This document shows positions 45,207 to 54,691 of a stretch of DNA of 64,000 bases, in pieces. The notes under the pieces were generated by a model, which saw nothing but the letters and a program-made list of their open reading frames with translations, ran no database searches and was not told where the DNA came from. Position 1 is the first letter of the stretch. The number at the start of each line of letters is the position of its first letter. Origin of the DNA: Candidatus Latescibacterota bacterium (GTDB taxonomy: Bacteria; Latescibacterota; UBA2968; UBA8231); assembly GCA_964291625.2 (NCBI GenBank), contig OZ220089.1, forward strand, positions 352,001 to 416,000. The letters are read 5' to 3'. Both the position numbers and the translations under genes were made by a program.

Positions 45207-46181
45207 ATGAAGCTCACCACTTTCGCCGTCGACAAGCAGGAGCGCCTCGGCGCCGTCGCCTGCGGCGACCGGATCGTCATCGATCTGGCCGCCGCCGAGC
45301 GCAGCGCCGCCCGCCGCGAGAAGCGCGCGGCCAACGCCTTCTACGGCGACATGATCACCTTCCTGCAGGCCGGCTCCAAGGGCATGGCCGCCGCCCGCAG
45401 GCTCGTGAAGGCGGTCTCCGAGAAGCTCGGCGACGAGCCCAAGGCCGATGGCCGCGGCACCCACCTTCTGAGCCGCGTCAAGCTGCGCGCCCCGGTGCCG
45501 AACCCCGCCAAGCTGTTCTGCCTGGCCGGCAACTACCAGGACCACATCGAGGAGGGCGGCGGCCGCATGGCGGCCCAGGACAAGGAGACGCCACGGGTCT
45601 TCATGAAGCCGCCCACCACGACCGTCGTCGGCCCCGGGGACCGGATCCTCGTTCCGCCGGTGGCCCGCGCCATCGACTGGGAGGGCGAGCTGGCCGTGGT
45701 CATGGGCCGCCGGGGCAAGGCCGTCAAGGCCGCCGACGCCCTCCGCTACGTGGCCGGCTACACCATCATGAACGACGTCTCCGAGCGACAGCTGGTGATC
45801 AAGGAGCGCTCCGCGAGCCGTCCCAAGGACGAGTGGTTCGACTGGCTCAACGGCAAGTGGCTGGACACGGCGGCGCCCCAGGGGCCGTGGCTGGTCACCA
45901 CCGACGAGATCCGCAATCCCCAGGACCTCGACATCAGCACCTTCGTCAACGGCGAGCGCAAGCAGCACAACAACACCGGCCAGATGCTCTACTACGTGGC
46001 CGACATCATCGAGTACATCTCGGCGATCATCACCCTCGAGCCGGGCGACATCATCAGCACGGGCACGATCTCCGGCGTCGGCGCCACCACCGGCACCTTC
46101 CTCCAGCCGGGGGACCGGGTCGAGATCGAGATCTCCAAGATCGGCGTGCTGAAGAACAACGTGGCCGCCAGCAGGAAGTGA
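45207..46181 (+). CDS. Fumarylacetoacetate hydrolase family protein
   Basis: AGGAGG then ATG 45207. NYQDH, FMKP, IDWEGELAVV, GYTIMNDVSER, GKWLDT..P.GP and TLEPGDIISTGT. Confidence 0.92.
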   Translation: MKLTTFAVDKQERLGAVACGDRIVIDLAAAERSAARREKRAANAFYGDMITFLQAGSKGMAAARRLVKAVSEKLGDEPKADGRGTHLLSRVKLRAPVPNPAKLFCLAGNYQDHIEEGGGRMAAQDKETPRVFMKPPTTTVVGPGDRILVPPVARAIDWEGELAVVMGRRGKAVKAADALRYVAGYTIMNDVSERQLVIKERSASRPKDEWFDWLNGKWLDTAAPQGPWLVTTDEIRNPQDLDISTFVNGERKQHNNTGQMLYYVADIIEYISAIITLEPGDIISTGTISGVGATTGTFLQPGDRVEIEISKIGVLKNNVAASRK

Positions 46182-47401
46182 GCGTCGACCCATCGGGCTC
46201 GACGGGCCCGGCTCCCGTGGGACTGTGGAGCCGGGCCTTCGTCGTTCTCTGCGGCCTCTCCTTCCTCGGCGGCTTCGCCACCGCCCCGTACCACTCCCTG
46301 CTGCCCGTCTACGTCGACGCCGACCTCGGGCGCCTGGCCGTGTTCACGGGATACCTCCGGGCCGTCGCCCTCGCCCTGGGCGGCATCTTCGCCATCGTCG
46401 CGGGACGCCTCTGCGATCTCCTGGGCCTCAAGGTCACCCTCCTCCTCGGGCTGGCCGGGAGCGCCGTGACGGGCCTCGTCTTCCACACCGGCGATGTCCT
46501 CCTCCTGACCCTGCTCACCCTCGTGGCGGGAGCCGCCGGCGGCCCCCTGAGCACCTCGGGCCAGAGCTACCTCATCGCCGCCGCCGGTCCGGTGCGCCTG
46601 GGTCTGGGCGGCGCCCTCTACTTCCTCAGCAGCACCCTCGGGCAGTCCGCCGGGAACCTCTGCACCGGGCTGGTGAAAGAGGACTGGAGCTTCGGCGAGA
46701 TCGGCACGGCCATGGCCCTGCTCTCGGCGGCCGTGGTCCTGGCGGGGATCCTGCTGCTGCCGTCCACCCCCGTCCGTGAAGCACCCCAGGTGGCGCCCCG
46801 GCTGGCCCTCTGGTCGTCGTACCGGCCCCTGCTGGGGCAGCGGAACGTGCACCTCCTCGTCGGGCTGCGGCTGACGATCACCGGCTTCTGGGGCATGGCC
46901 AGCCTGGCCCTGCCCCTGCTCGTCTACCGCGCCAGCGGCTCGGCGGCGACGGCCGCCTTCTACGGGTCGGTGAGCCTCGCCGTGGCCGCTGCCGGGCAGT
47001 TGCTCACCGGCCTGCTGCGGGACCGCTTCGGACGCACGGGGCCCCTGCTCCTGTCCGCCGCCGGCATCGTCGCCAGCGCCGTGGGCCTGGCCTTCGGCAC
47101 CGGGTCGGTCCTGGCCCTCTTCCTCCTCGGCACGGCCCTGTCGACCACGGCCTGGGCGGTCTCGGTCCTGGTGCCCGGTCTCATCGACGAGGTGGCCGCC
47201 GCCGGGGAGAGGAACCGGCTCGTCGGCCTCGGTCACATGGTCTGGAGCGGCGCCATGGTCACCGGCAGTGTCGCCGGGGGCTGGCTGGTCGAGGTCGCCC
47301 CTCATCTCCCCTTCGCCGTCGGCGCCGTCTCCGCGACAGTGGGGGCCCTGTGCCTGTGGCGGCTCTGCACGCGCCTCGACGGCAACCGGGCGGCAGGTTA
47401 G
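46178..47401 (+). CDS. MFS transporter
   Basis: GTGA coupling at 46178. About 12 TM segments, with GRLCDLLGLK and GLLRDRFGR motif-A-like loops. Confidence 0.85.
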   Translation: MSVDPSGSTGPAPVGLWSRAFVVLCGLSFLGGFATAPYHSLLPVYVDADLGRLAVFTGYLRAVALALGGIFAIVAGRLCDLLGLKVTLLLGLAGSAVTGLVFHTGDVLLLTLLTLVAGAAGGPLSTSGQSYLIAAAGPVRLGLGGALYFLSSTLGQSAGNLCTGLVKEDWSFGEIGTAMALLSAAVVLAGILLLPSTPVREAPQVAPRLALWSSYRPLLGQRNVHLLVGLRLTITGFWGMASLALPLLVYRASGSAATAAFYGSVSLAVAAAGQLLTGLLRDRFGRTGPLLLSAAGIVASAVGLAFGTGSVLALFLLGTALSTTAWAVSVLVPGLIDEVAAAGERNRLVGLGHMVWSGAMVTGSVAGGWLVEVAPHLPFAVGAVSATVGALCLWRLCTRLDGNRAAG

Positions 47402-47403
47402 CG

Positions 47404-48543
47404 ATGCAACGCCTCAAGCTGCTGCTGGCCTCGGTGGCCCACTTCTGCGTCGACTCGTACGCCACCATGCTCGCGCCCCTGCTGCCCCTGGTGATGACGC
47501 GCCTCGGTCTCGGCATCGCCGGCGCCGGGTTCCTCGGCACCCTGGTCACCCTGTGCAGCATCACCCAGCCCCTGCTCGGCCTGTGGGGCGACCGCATGCA
47601 CCGGCGCCGGCTGGTCCTCGGCGGGATGGCCATGACCGCGGTCTTCACCCCCCTCATGGGGATCGCCCCGAGCTACTGGGTCCTCGTGGGGATCCTCTGG
47701 CTCGGCGGTCTCGGGGTCGCCGCCTTCCACCCCCAGGCGTTCTCCCTGGCCGGCGAGCTGTGCGGGCCCCGCCGCGGCTTCGGCCTGGCCCTGTTCATCT
47801 TCGGCGGCACCCTCGGCCTCGGGGTGACGCCTCTCTGGGTGCGGCCCTTCGCCGAGGCCGCGGGGCTGGAGTGGCTGCCCCTGGTGGGCCTGCCCGGACT
47901 GCTCGTGCTGGTCCTGGTCTGGCGCTTCCTGCCCCTCGACAACCCCCAGGCCGCCGCCCGCGAGGCCGGCGAGAGGGCCCCCGCCGGCGACGGTGTCCGC
48001 CGGGGCCTGATGCTGATCACCGTCGTCGTCATCCTGCGCTCGGTCACCGGCCTCTGCTTCGGGATCTTCCTCGCCGTCCTGGCCCGGGAGCGGGGCCTGT
48101 CGCCCGAGGAGGGAGACCGCTGGCTGGCGATCTACAACATCTCCGGCGTCATCGGCGCCCTGGCCTTCGGCTACCTCTCCGACCGCATCAGCAAGCGCCC
48201 TCTGGTCTGCTTCTCCCTGCTGGCGGCCAGCCCGGCCCTCTACTTCTTCCTGCAGGCCGACGGTCTCACCGCCTACCTGCTGCTGGGCGTGGGCGGCGGC
48301 TTCCTCCTGGCCTCGAACTCGATCCTGGTCGCCCTCGCCCAGGAGCTGGCTCCCGGGCGCTCGGGGCTGGCCTCCAGCCTCCCCCTCGGCTTCAGCTGGG
48401 GCGTCGCCAGCCTCGCCCTCGGCCCCTCCGGCTACATCGCCGACCGCGTCGGACTCGCCCCGACCCTCGAGTGGCTCGCCCTGCTGCCGCTGGTGACCGC
48501 CGTGGCCGCCCTCTTTCTTCCGGACCCCTCCCGGCGGAGGTGA
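47404..48543 (+). CDS. MFS transporter (Fsr-like)
   Basis: HFCVDSY...PLLP, QPLLG.WGDR, GLGVAAFHP, GYLSDRISKR and AQELAP. Confidence 0.9.
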   Translation: MQRLKLLLASVAHFCVDSYATMLAPLLPLVMTRLGLGIAGAGFLGTLVTLCSITQPLLGLWGDRMHRRRLVLGGMAMTAVFTPLMGIAPSYWVLVGILWLGGLGVAAFHPQAFSLAGELCGPRRGFGLALFIFGGTLGLGVTPLWVRPFAEAAGLEWLPLVGLPGLLVLVLVWRFLPLDNPQAAAREAGERAPAGDGVRRGLMLITVVVILRSVTGLCFGIFLAVLARERGLSPEEGDRWLAIYNISGVIGALAFGYLSDRISKRPLVCFSLLAASPALYFFLQADGLTAYLLLGVGGGFLLASNSILVALAQELAPGRSGLASSLPLGFSWGVASLALGPSGYIADRVGLAPTLEWLALLPLVTAVAALFLPDPSRRR

Positions 48544-49214
48544 CCCCCGCGAACCCCAGCGAAGGAGACCGCCCCTTGTACGAACTCTGGAAACCGATCT
48601 ACACGGCCCTGGCCGCCGACGTCATGGACGCCCTCGGGTACCGGGAGCAGGCCCTCGACCACGGCGTCCGTCCCGCCCACCCCGCCAGCGCCTTCGCCGG
48701 CCCGGCGGTCACCCTCGACGCCCACCGCCACGAGGAGCCCCACGACGATCCCTACGGCCTGATCTTCGAGGCCTACGACCGGGTGCGCCCCGGGGACGTG
48801 ATCCTGGTGGCCACCAACGGCGAGGTGCGCTCCGGCCTGTGGGGGGAGCTGTTGTCCACGGCCGCCGCCGCCCGCGGGGTCAACGCCGTCGTCACCGACG
48901 GTCTGGTGCGCGACGTCCGCCAGATGAACGACATGGGCTTTCACTGCTTCTGCCGCGGCTTCTCCCCCCTGGACTCGGCGGGGCGGGTCCTGCCCACCGG
49001 GGTGCAGGTGCCGGTCACCTGCGGCGGCGTCCGGGTCGAGCCCGGGGACTTCGTCCTCGCCGACTACGAGGGGGTGGTCGTCATCCCCGCGGCGATCCGC
49101 GACGAGGTGCGGGCCCGGTGCCTGGAGAAGCTGGAGGGGGAGAACCGCGTGCGCGACGAGCTCGCCTCGGGGCGCTCGCCGCGGGAGGTCTTCGACGAGT
49201 ACGGGATCCTCTGA
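48540..49214 (+). CDS. RraA family / 4-hydroxy-4-methyl-2-oxoglutarate aldolase-like protein
   Basis: GTGA coupling. WGELLSTAA..RG....VTDGLVRD, VPVTCGGVRVEPGDFVLADYEGVVVIP. Confidence 0.9.
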   Translation: MTPANPSEGDRPLYELWKPIYTALAADVMDALGYREQALDHGVRPAHPASAFAGPAVTLDAHRHEEPHDDPYGLIFEAYDRVRPGDVILVATNGEVRSGLWGELLSTAAAARGVNAVVTDGLVRDVRQMNDMGFHCFCRGFSPLDSAGRVLPTGVQVPVTCGGVRVEPGDFVLADYEGVVVIPAAIRDEVRARCLEKLEGENRVRDELASGRSPREVFDEYGIL

Positions 49215-49225
49215 GCCCGCCGGGT

Positions 49226-50395
49226 TCAGCTACCGGCGGCCAGGGCCGCCTCGAAGTCGGCCCACAGGTCCTCGGCCGCCTCGATGCCGACGGCGACGCG
49301 CACCAGGCCGTCGCCGATCCCCAGGGCCCGCCGCCGCCCGGGGCTCTGGCCGGCGTGGGAGCTGACCGCGGGCCGGCTCACCAGGGTCTCCACCCCGCCG
49401 AGGCTGGGGGCGTCCACGGCCAGCTCGAGGCGGTCGATCAACCGTCGGGCGGCCTCGGCGTCGCCGAGGTCGAAGCTGAGCACGCCGCCGCAGCCGGCGA
49501 ACCAGCGCCGGGCGCGCTCGTGTCCGGGATGGCCGGCCAGCCCGGGGTAGTGGACGGCGGCCACGGCCCGGTGCGCCTCCAGCCGCCGCGCCAGGAAGAG
49601 GGCGTTGTGGTTCTGCTGCTCCACCCGCAGAGCCAGGGTCTTCAGCCCCCGCTGCAGCAGGAAGCAGGCGTGGGGATCGAGGACGCCGCCGAGGTGGTTC
49701 ATCTTGTGGGTGATCCGCCGGACCCGCTCCGCCGTGGAGACGACGGCGCCGGCGACGATGTCGGAGTGGCCGTTGAGGTACTTCGTGGCGCTGTGCAGCT
49801 CGACGTCGAAGCCGGCCTCCAGGGGCCGGTAGTTGACCGGCGAGGCGAAGGTGTTGTCGATGACGGAGACGATCCCCCGCTCCCGGCAGAAGGCGGTCAC
49901 CGCCTCCAGGTCGGCCACCTCCAGGAGGGGGTTCGTCAGGCTCTCCACCAGGAAGGCGCGGGTGTTCGGCCGCGCCAGGTTCGCCCACTGCTCGGGGTCG
50001 TCTCCTCCGACGAAGTCGATGTCGATCCCGAGGGCCGGCGCGTCCTCCGTGAGGAAGCTGAGGGTGCCGCCGTAGAGGCAGTCCTGCGCCAGCAGGTGGG
50101 GCCGCTCCCGCCCCGGCTCCGATTCCAGCAGGGTCAGCAGGGTGGTGGTGATCGCCGCCATGCCCGAGCCCGCCACCACCGCCGCCTCGCCGCCGCAGAT
50201 CCCGGCCAGCCGCGCCGCCAGGTCCCGGTGGTTCGGGGAGTTGCTCAGCCGCAGGTAGCGGATGTCGTCGTACGAGGCGGTCTCCTCCGCCTCCCAGGTG
50301 GCGCTCTGGAAGACGGGCTGCACCACCGACCCCTCGACCCGGTCCAGGCCCCCGTGGATCAGGCGGGTGCGCAGGTCGCGGCGGCGGCCGCTCAC
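49226..50395 (-). CDS. PLP-dependent Cys/Met metabolism enzyme (cystathionine gamma-synthase/lyase family)
   Basis: GTG 50395 overlaps the upstream stop. PVFQSAT, Y.R.SN.P, SGMAAI, ESLTNP, DNTFASP, HSATKYLNGHSD (PLP Lys) and SLGGVETL. Confidence 0.92.
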   Translation of the reverse strand: MSGRRRDLRTRLIHGGLDRVEGSVVQPVFQSATWEAEETASYDDIRYLRLSNSPNHRDLAARLAGICGGEAAVVAGSGMAAITTTLLTLLESEPGRERPHLLAQDCLYGGTLSFLTEDAPALGIDIDFVGGDDPEQWANLARPNTRAFLVESLTNPLLEVADLEAVTAFCRERGIVSVIDNTFASPVNYRPLEAGFDVELHSATKYLNGHSDIVAGAVVSTAERVRRITHKMNHLGGVLDPHACFLLQRGLKTLALRVEQQNHNALFLARRLEAHRAVAAVHYPGLAGHPGHERARRWFAGCGGVLSFDLGDAEAARRLIDRLELAVDAPSLGGVETLVSRPAVSSHAGQSPGRRRALGIGDGLVRVAVGIEAAEDLWADFEAALAAGS

Positions 50396-52524
50396 AGGAC
50401 GTGCTCGCGCAGCAGGCGCTCGTACACGGCGACGAAGTCGCCGCGGCCGTTGGAGCGGTTGTAGAAGTAGCAGAAGGGGTTCGGGTTGAGCTCCAGGATC
50501 CACCAGGCGCCGGCGTCGTCGCGGATCAGGTCGATGGCGTAGAAGCCGAGGTCGACGACACCGGCCACCTCCCCGGCCAGCCGGCGCAGCGGCGCCAGCA
50601 CCTCCTCGTCGTCGACCCGCTCGGCGCGGCCGCCGGGGTGGTGCAGCGGGTTGAGGTCCTCCCCGCCCGTCCCGTCGCTGGCCTTAGCATAGGCCAGCAG
50701 CACCTCGCCCCGGGCGGCCACGGCCCGGTACTCCTGGCCGCTGACGAAGGACTGCACGAGGACGAGGTTGTCGAGGGGCCCGGCGTTCTCGAAGAGCGAC
50801 TGGAGCCGCCGGGAGACGCCCCCGGCGTCCGTCTCCAGGTAGACCCCCTGGGAGCCCGAGCCCCGGGCCTTCTTGACGAGCACGGGCCAGCTCATCTCCG
50901 CCTCCACCTCGGCGACCATGTCCTCGACCGTCCGGTGCCTCTTGTAGCGGTTGAAGCGGTCGTCGGCGTAGGGGTTGAAGAACTGCATCGTGAAGGGCAC
51001 GGGCAGGCCGGCGCCGGCGAAGAGCTCGTGCTGGTAGCCCTTGTCCTCGGCCACGCGCGCCGCCGCGTAGTCGTTGAAGGGGTGCTTGTTGCGCAGGAAC
51101 AGGAACGGGCGGCGGCCCCCGTCGAGGCGCATGACGTTGCCGTCCGCCGAGACCGGCCGGATCCGCAGGCCCAGGCGCTCGCAGGCGAGGGCCAGGCACT
51201 CGAGGCTCTCGCGGGCCACCTCCTCGCCGATGCCCTCCGCCTCCAAGGGCAGGCCGAAGTGCTCCCGGGCCCGGGCCGCCATGTGCAGGGACCCGGTGAC
51301 GCAGACCCTTCCGGACTCGCCCGCCTCGCCCAGGGCCCTCTCGAAGGCCTTGCCGCAGGAGGGCTCGATCTCGGCGGCCACCTCCGGCGCGGCGGAAGAC
51401 GCCCGTGCGGCCAGGTCCCCCGCCGGCATCGCCTTGGCGTGTCCCGACTCGGTGAGCACGAACCGGCCCGCCACCGGCTTCAGTGCCCCGAGGACCGCGT
51501 CGGCGTCGTGGTCCTCGTTGACGCCGACGACGATGATCCAGTCCCGGCCGCCGCGGCCGAGGTCCCCGGCCAGGGCGGCGGCCGCGCCCGGGTTGTGGGC
51601 GCCGTCGAGGAGCACGCGCGGGTGCTCGCGGGCGCGCTCGAAGCGTCCCGGCCACTGGTGGGAGGCCAGCACCTGCCGGGCCCGTTCCGCTTGCAGGTCG
51701 GGGCAGACCCGGGCGGCGGCGGCCACGGCGAGGCGGGCGTTGTCCACCCAGGTCCCGGGCCTCGAGTCGGAGGCCTCGGGCGCCGCCAGGTAGGGGACCG
51801 CCTCACCCTCCCCGAAGCGCAGTCCCCGGTCGCCGCAGAGAACCAGGGGAATGCCCTTCTCCCGCGCCCGGCGGCGGACGAGGTCCAGGACCTCGGGATC
51901 CTGCGCGGCCGTGGTGAACAGGGGCCGGCCGGGGCGCGCCACGGGCAGCTTCTCGCCGGCGATGGAGACCGGGTCGTGTCCGAGGACGGCACAGTGGTCG
52001 AGGGCGACCGGCGTCAGGATAGCGAGGTCGTGGTCCCAGGCGTTGGTGGCGTCGTGGCGGCCCCCGAGACCGACCTCGAAGACGGCTGCTTCCACCCCCT
52101 CGGAGGCGAAGAGGTGGGCGGCGAGAACGGTGAGCGCCTCGAAGCGCGAGAACCCGCCCAGTCCCTCTCCCTCGAAGCCGCGGGTGGCGTCGTGCAGAAA
52201 GGTGATCCCCTCGGCCCAGCGGTCCTTGTCGAGGAGGCCGCCGTCGACCTGGATGCGCTCGCGCTGGCTGTGCAGATGGGGGGAGGTGTAGAGCCCGGTG
52301 CGGCGGCCGGAGGCCTGGAGCAGGGCCGCCAGCAGGCTGGCCACCGTGCCCTTGCCGTTGGTGCCGGCGACGATGACGCTGCCGAAGCGCTGCTGCGGGT
52401 CGCCGCACCGCCGCAGCAGGGCGCGCACCCGGGGCAGGTAGTGCTCGAGAGGCCCCTCCGGCGGCCGTCCCCGCTCCCAGTCGGGCAGGGTGTCCAGAAA
52501 CCTCTTCGACCTGGAGTAGTCCAC
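50392..52524 (-). CDS. folC: Folylpolyglutamate synthase/dihydrofolate synthase fused to a C-terminal ATP-grasp ligase domain
   Basis: VAGTNGKGT, YTSPHL, EVGLGGRHDATN, WPGRFE, LDGAHNP and VTGSLH, followed by EDK...LPVP, WPVLVKKARGSGSQGV, VQSFVSGQEYR, AIDLI and ILELNPNP. Confidence 0.88.
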   Translation of the reverse strand: MDYSRSKRFLDTLPDWERGRPPEGPLEHYLPRVRALLRRCGDPQQRFGSVIVAGTNGKGTVASLLAALLQASGRRTGLYTSPHLHSQRERIQVDGGLLDKDRWAEGITFLHDATRGFEGEGLGGFSRFEALTVLAAHLFASEGVEAAVFEVGLGGRHDATNAWDHDLAILTPVALDHCAVLGHDPVSIAGEKLPVARPGRPLFTTAAQDPEVLDLVRRRAREKGIPLVLCGDRGLRFGEGEAVPYLAAPEASDSRPGTWVDNARLAVAAAARVCPDLQAERARQVLASHQWPGRFERAREHPRVLLDGAHNPGAAAALAGDLGRGGRDWIIVVGVNEDHDADAVLGALKPVAGRFVLTESGHAKAMPAGDLAARASSAAPEVAAEIEPSCGKAFERALGEAGESGRVCVTGSLHMAARAREHFGLPLEAEGIGEEVARESLECLALACERLGLRIRPVSADGNVMRLDGGRRPFLFLRNKHPFNDYAAARVAEDKGYQHELFAGAGLPVPFTMQFFNPYADDRFNRYKRHRTVEDMVAEVEAEMSWPVLVKKARGSGSQGVYLETDAGGVSRRLQSLFENAGPLDNLVLVQSFVSGQEYRAVAARGEVLLAYAKASDGTGGEDLNPLHHPGGRAERVDDEEVLAPLRRLAGEVAGVVDLGFYAIDLIRDDAGAWWILELNPNPFCYFYNRSNGRGDFVAVYERLLREHVL

Positions 52525-52566
52525 GACTCCCGATCCCGTGCCCGGCCGGCGGCGCCGCGAGGGCGG

Positions 52567-53624
52567 TCAGCCGCCGCGGGTGTGCATCTCGCGGTGAGGG
52601 TCCTGGCGCAGCTCGTCGATCTGGTAGAGGGCCCCCCGCACCGGCGCGCGGACGCGCTTCTCGGCGCCGCGGTCCCGCCGCCGGGACCAGCCCTCGGCGA
52701 TCCGTTGCGACAGCTCTTCGGCCGGGATCCCGCGGCGCACGGGCTCGCGCAGGTCGATGCCGTCGCGGGCGTAGAGGCACAGGTACCAGAGCCCGTCCGC
52801 CGTCAGCCGGCTGCGGTCGCAGCTGCCGCAGAAGGGGCTCGTCGTCGAGGAGATGATGCCGAAGCGCTCCCCCGACGGCAGGCGGAACCTCTCCGCCGGG
52901 GCGTTGCCCCTCCCCCCTCCGCCTCGGCCGGTCCGTAGTGGCCCTGCAGCCGCGCGAGGATCTCCTCCCGGGAGTAGACCCGCTCCGGCTGCCACAGGGT
53001 GGCGCCGCCCACGTCCATGTACTCGATGAAGCGGACCTCGGCGCCGACGCGGCGGCCGAAGGCGACGAGGTCGACGATCTCGTCGTCGTTGAAGTCGCGC
53101 ATGACCACAGTGTTGATCTTGAGGGACTCGAAGCCGGCCTCGGCGGAGGCCTCGATGCCGGCGAGCACGTCGTCGAGAGCGGCCCTCCGGGTGAGGGTCT
53201 CGAAGCGGGCCGGCTTGAGGGAGTCGAGGCTGACCGTGACCCGTCGCAGCCCGGCCTCGCGCAGGGCCCGCGCGTGCCGGGCCAGCTGGGTGGCGTTGGT
53301 GGTGAGGGCGATATCGTCCAGACCGCGCTCGTCGAGGCCGGCGATCAGGTCGGGGAGGCGGGCCCGCAGCAGCGGCTCGCCGCCGGTGAGGCGGATCCGC
53401 CGCACGCCGTTGGCGGCGAAGGCGTCCACCAGGACCAGGATCTCGTCGAAGGTCAGGATGTCCGCCTTGGGCAGCCAGGCGTAGTCCTCTTCGGGCATGC
53501 AGTAGGCGCAGCGCAGGTCGCAGCGGTCGATGACCGAGATCCGCAACGACTGCAGGGGCCGGCCGTAGACGTCGGCCGCGGCCTCGCGCACGGTGCCCGG
53601 AAGGCTGGGAGAGGGGGCGGTCAC
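52567..53624 (-). pseudogene. moaA: GTP 3',8-cyclase MoaA with a single frameshift in a G6 run (possibly a sequencing error)
   Basis: N-part (CDLRCAYCMP, RLTGGEP, TTNA, RFIEYMDVG) lies in ORF 52803-53663. C-part (PFCGSCDRSRLTADG..LCL...MHTRGG) lies in the frame of ORF 52567-53667. The switch is at C6 52912-52917. Confidence 0.88.
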
Positions 53625-53764
53625 AAGGCTGCAGAACATACGGGCGGGGCCTGGGGCCCGCAATCACCCGAAGGTTGGAAGTCCAATCCCATCAGTCAGT
53701 TACGCTCACTCGGCAGGCGCCCGCCGCCTTGATCTTCCGTCGTCTCCGGGGTAACTTGGCCCCC

Positions 53765-54691
53765 ATGCCGAGCCCGGAGACCGAAGGCCTGCAGCGCCAG
53801 CTGTCTGACCGCGGATACATCGCCGGCGACGACATCTGCCTCTCCCTGCACCTGGCGCGGGAGCTGGGCAAGCCGCTGCTGGTGGAGGGACCCGCGGGGG
53901 TGGGCAAGACCGAGATCGCCAAGGTCCTGGCCGACCTCCTCGGCACCGACCTGATCCGCCTCCAGTGCTACGAGGGCCTCGACACGAGCACCGCCCTCTA
54001 CGAGTGGAACTACCAGCGCCAGCTGCTGCAGATCCGCATGGAGGAGCAGGGCGAGCGCTCCCTCGAGCAGCGCGAGGCCCACATCTTCTCCGAGCCCTTC
54101 CTCCTCAAGCGCCCCCTGCTGCAGGCGATCACCCACCACCGGCCCCCGGTGCTGCTCATCGACGAGCTGGACCGGGCCGACGAGGAGTTCGAGAGCTTCC
54201 TCCTCGAGCTGCTCTCCGACTGGCAGATCTCGATCCCGGAGCTGGGCACGATCCGGGCCACCCACGTGCCCCACGTGGTGGTCACCGGCAACCGCACCCG
54301 CGAGCTCTCCGACGCCCTGCGCCGGCGCTGCTTCTACCTGTGGATCGACTACCCCGACTTCGACAAGGAGCTGGCCATCGTGCGCGCCCGCGTCGACGGC
54401 ATCGACGCCGAGCTGGCCGGGCAGATCTGCCGCTTCATGGCCGGGGCCCGCCGCCAGCAGCTGGAGAAGCCCCCCGGCGTGGCCGAGACCCTCGACTGGG
54501 CCCGGGCCCTCGTGGCCCTGCACCGCCGCCACCTCGACGCCGCCACCATCGAGGAAACCCTCGGCCTCGTCTTCAAGGACTACCACGACGTGACCCACGT
54601 GAAGCAGTCCCTCGCCGAGTTCCTCGACAGCGTGGGGGTCCGCCCGGCCGCACCTCCCGGGGGCGCGGCCCCCGATGCCGCCGGCTCCTGA
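53765..54691 (+). CDS. coxD: MoxR-family AAA+ ATPase (CoxD-like)
   Basis: EGPAGVGKTE, RLQCYEGLD...ALYEWNY, LLIDELDRADEEFE, LSDALRRRC and KPPGVAETLDW. Confidence 0.9.
   Translation: MPSPETEGLQRQLSDRGYIAGDDICLSLHLARELGKPLLVEGPAGVGKTEIAKVLADLLGTDLIRLQCYEGLDTSTALYEWNYQRQLLQIRMEEQGERSLEQREAHIFSEPFLLKRPLLQAITHHRPPVLLIDELDRADEEFESFLLELLSDWQISIPELGTIRATHVPHVVVTGNRTRELSDALRRRCFYLWIDYPDFDKELAIVRARVDGIDAELAGQICRFMAGARRQQLEKPPGVAETLDWARALVALHRRHLDAATIEETLGLVFKDYHDVTHVKQSLAEFLDSVGVRPAAPPGGAAPDAAGS

Noticed and set aside
50392-52524. Call as cyanophycin synthetase
   Set aside because: The domain order is reversed, the Mur-type half carries FolC-specific signatures (EVGLGGR.DATN, YTSPHL), and there is no CphA N-domain or cyanophycinase.
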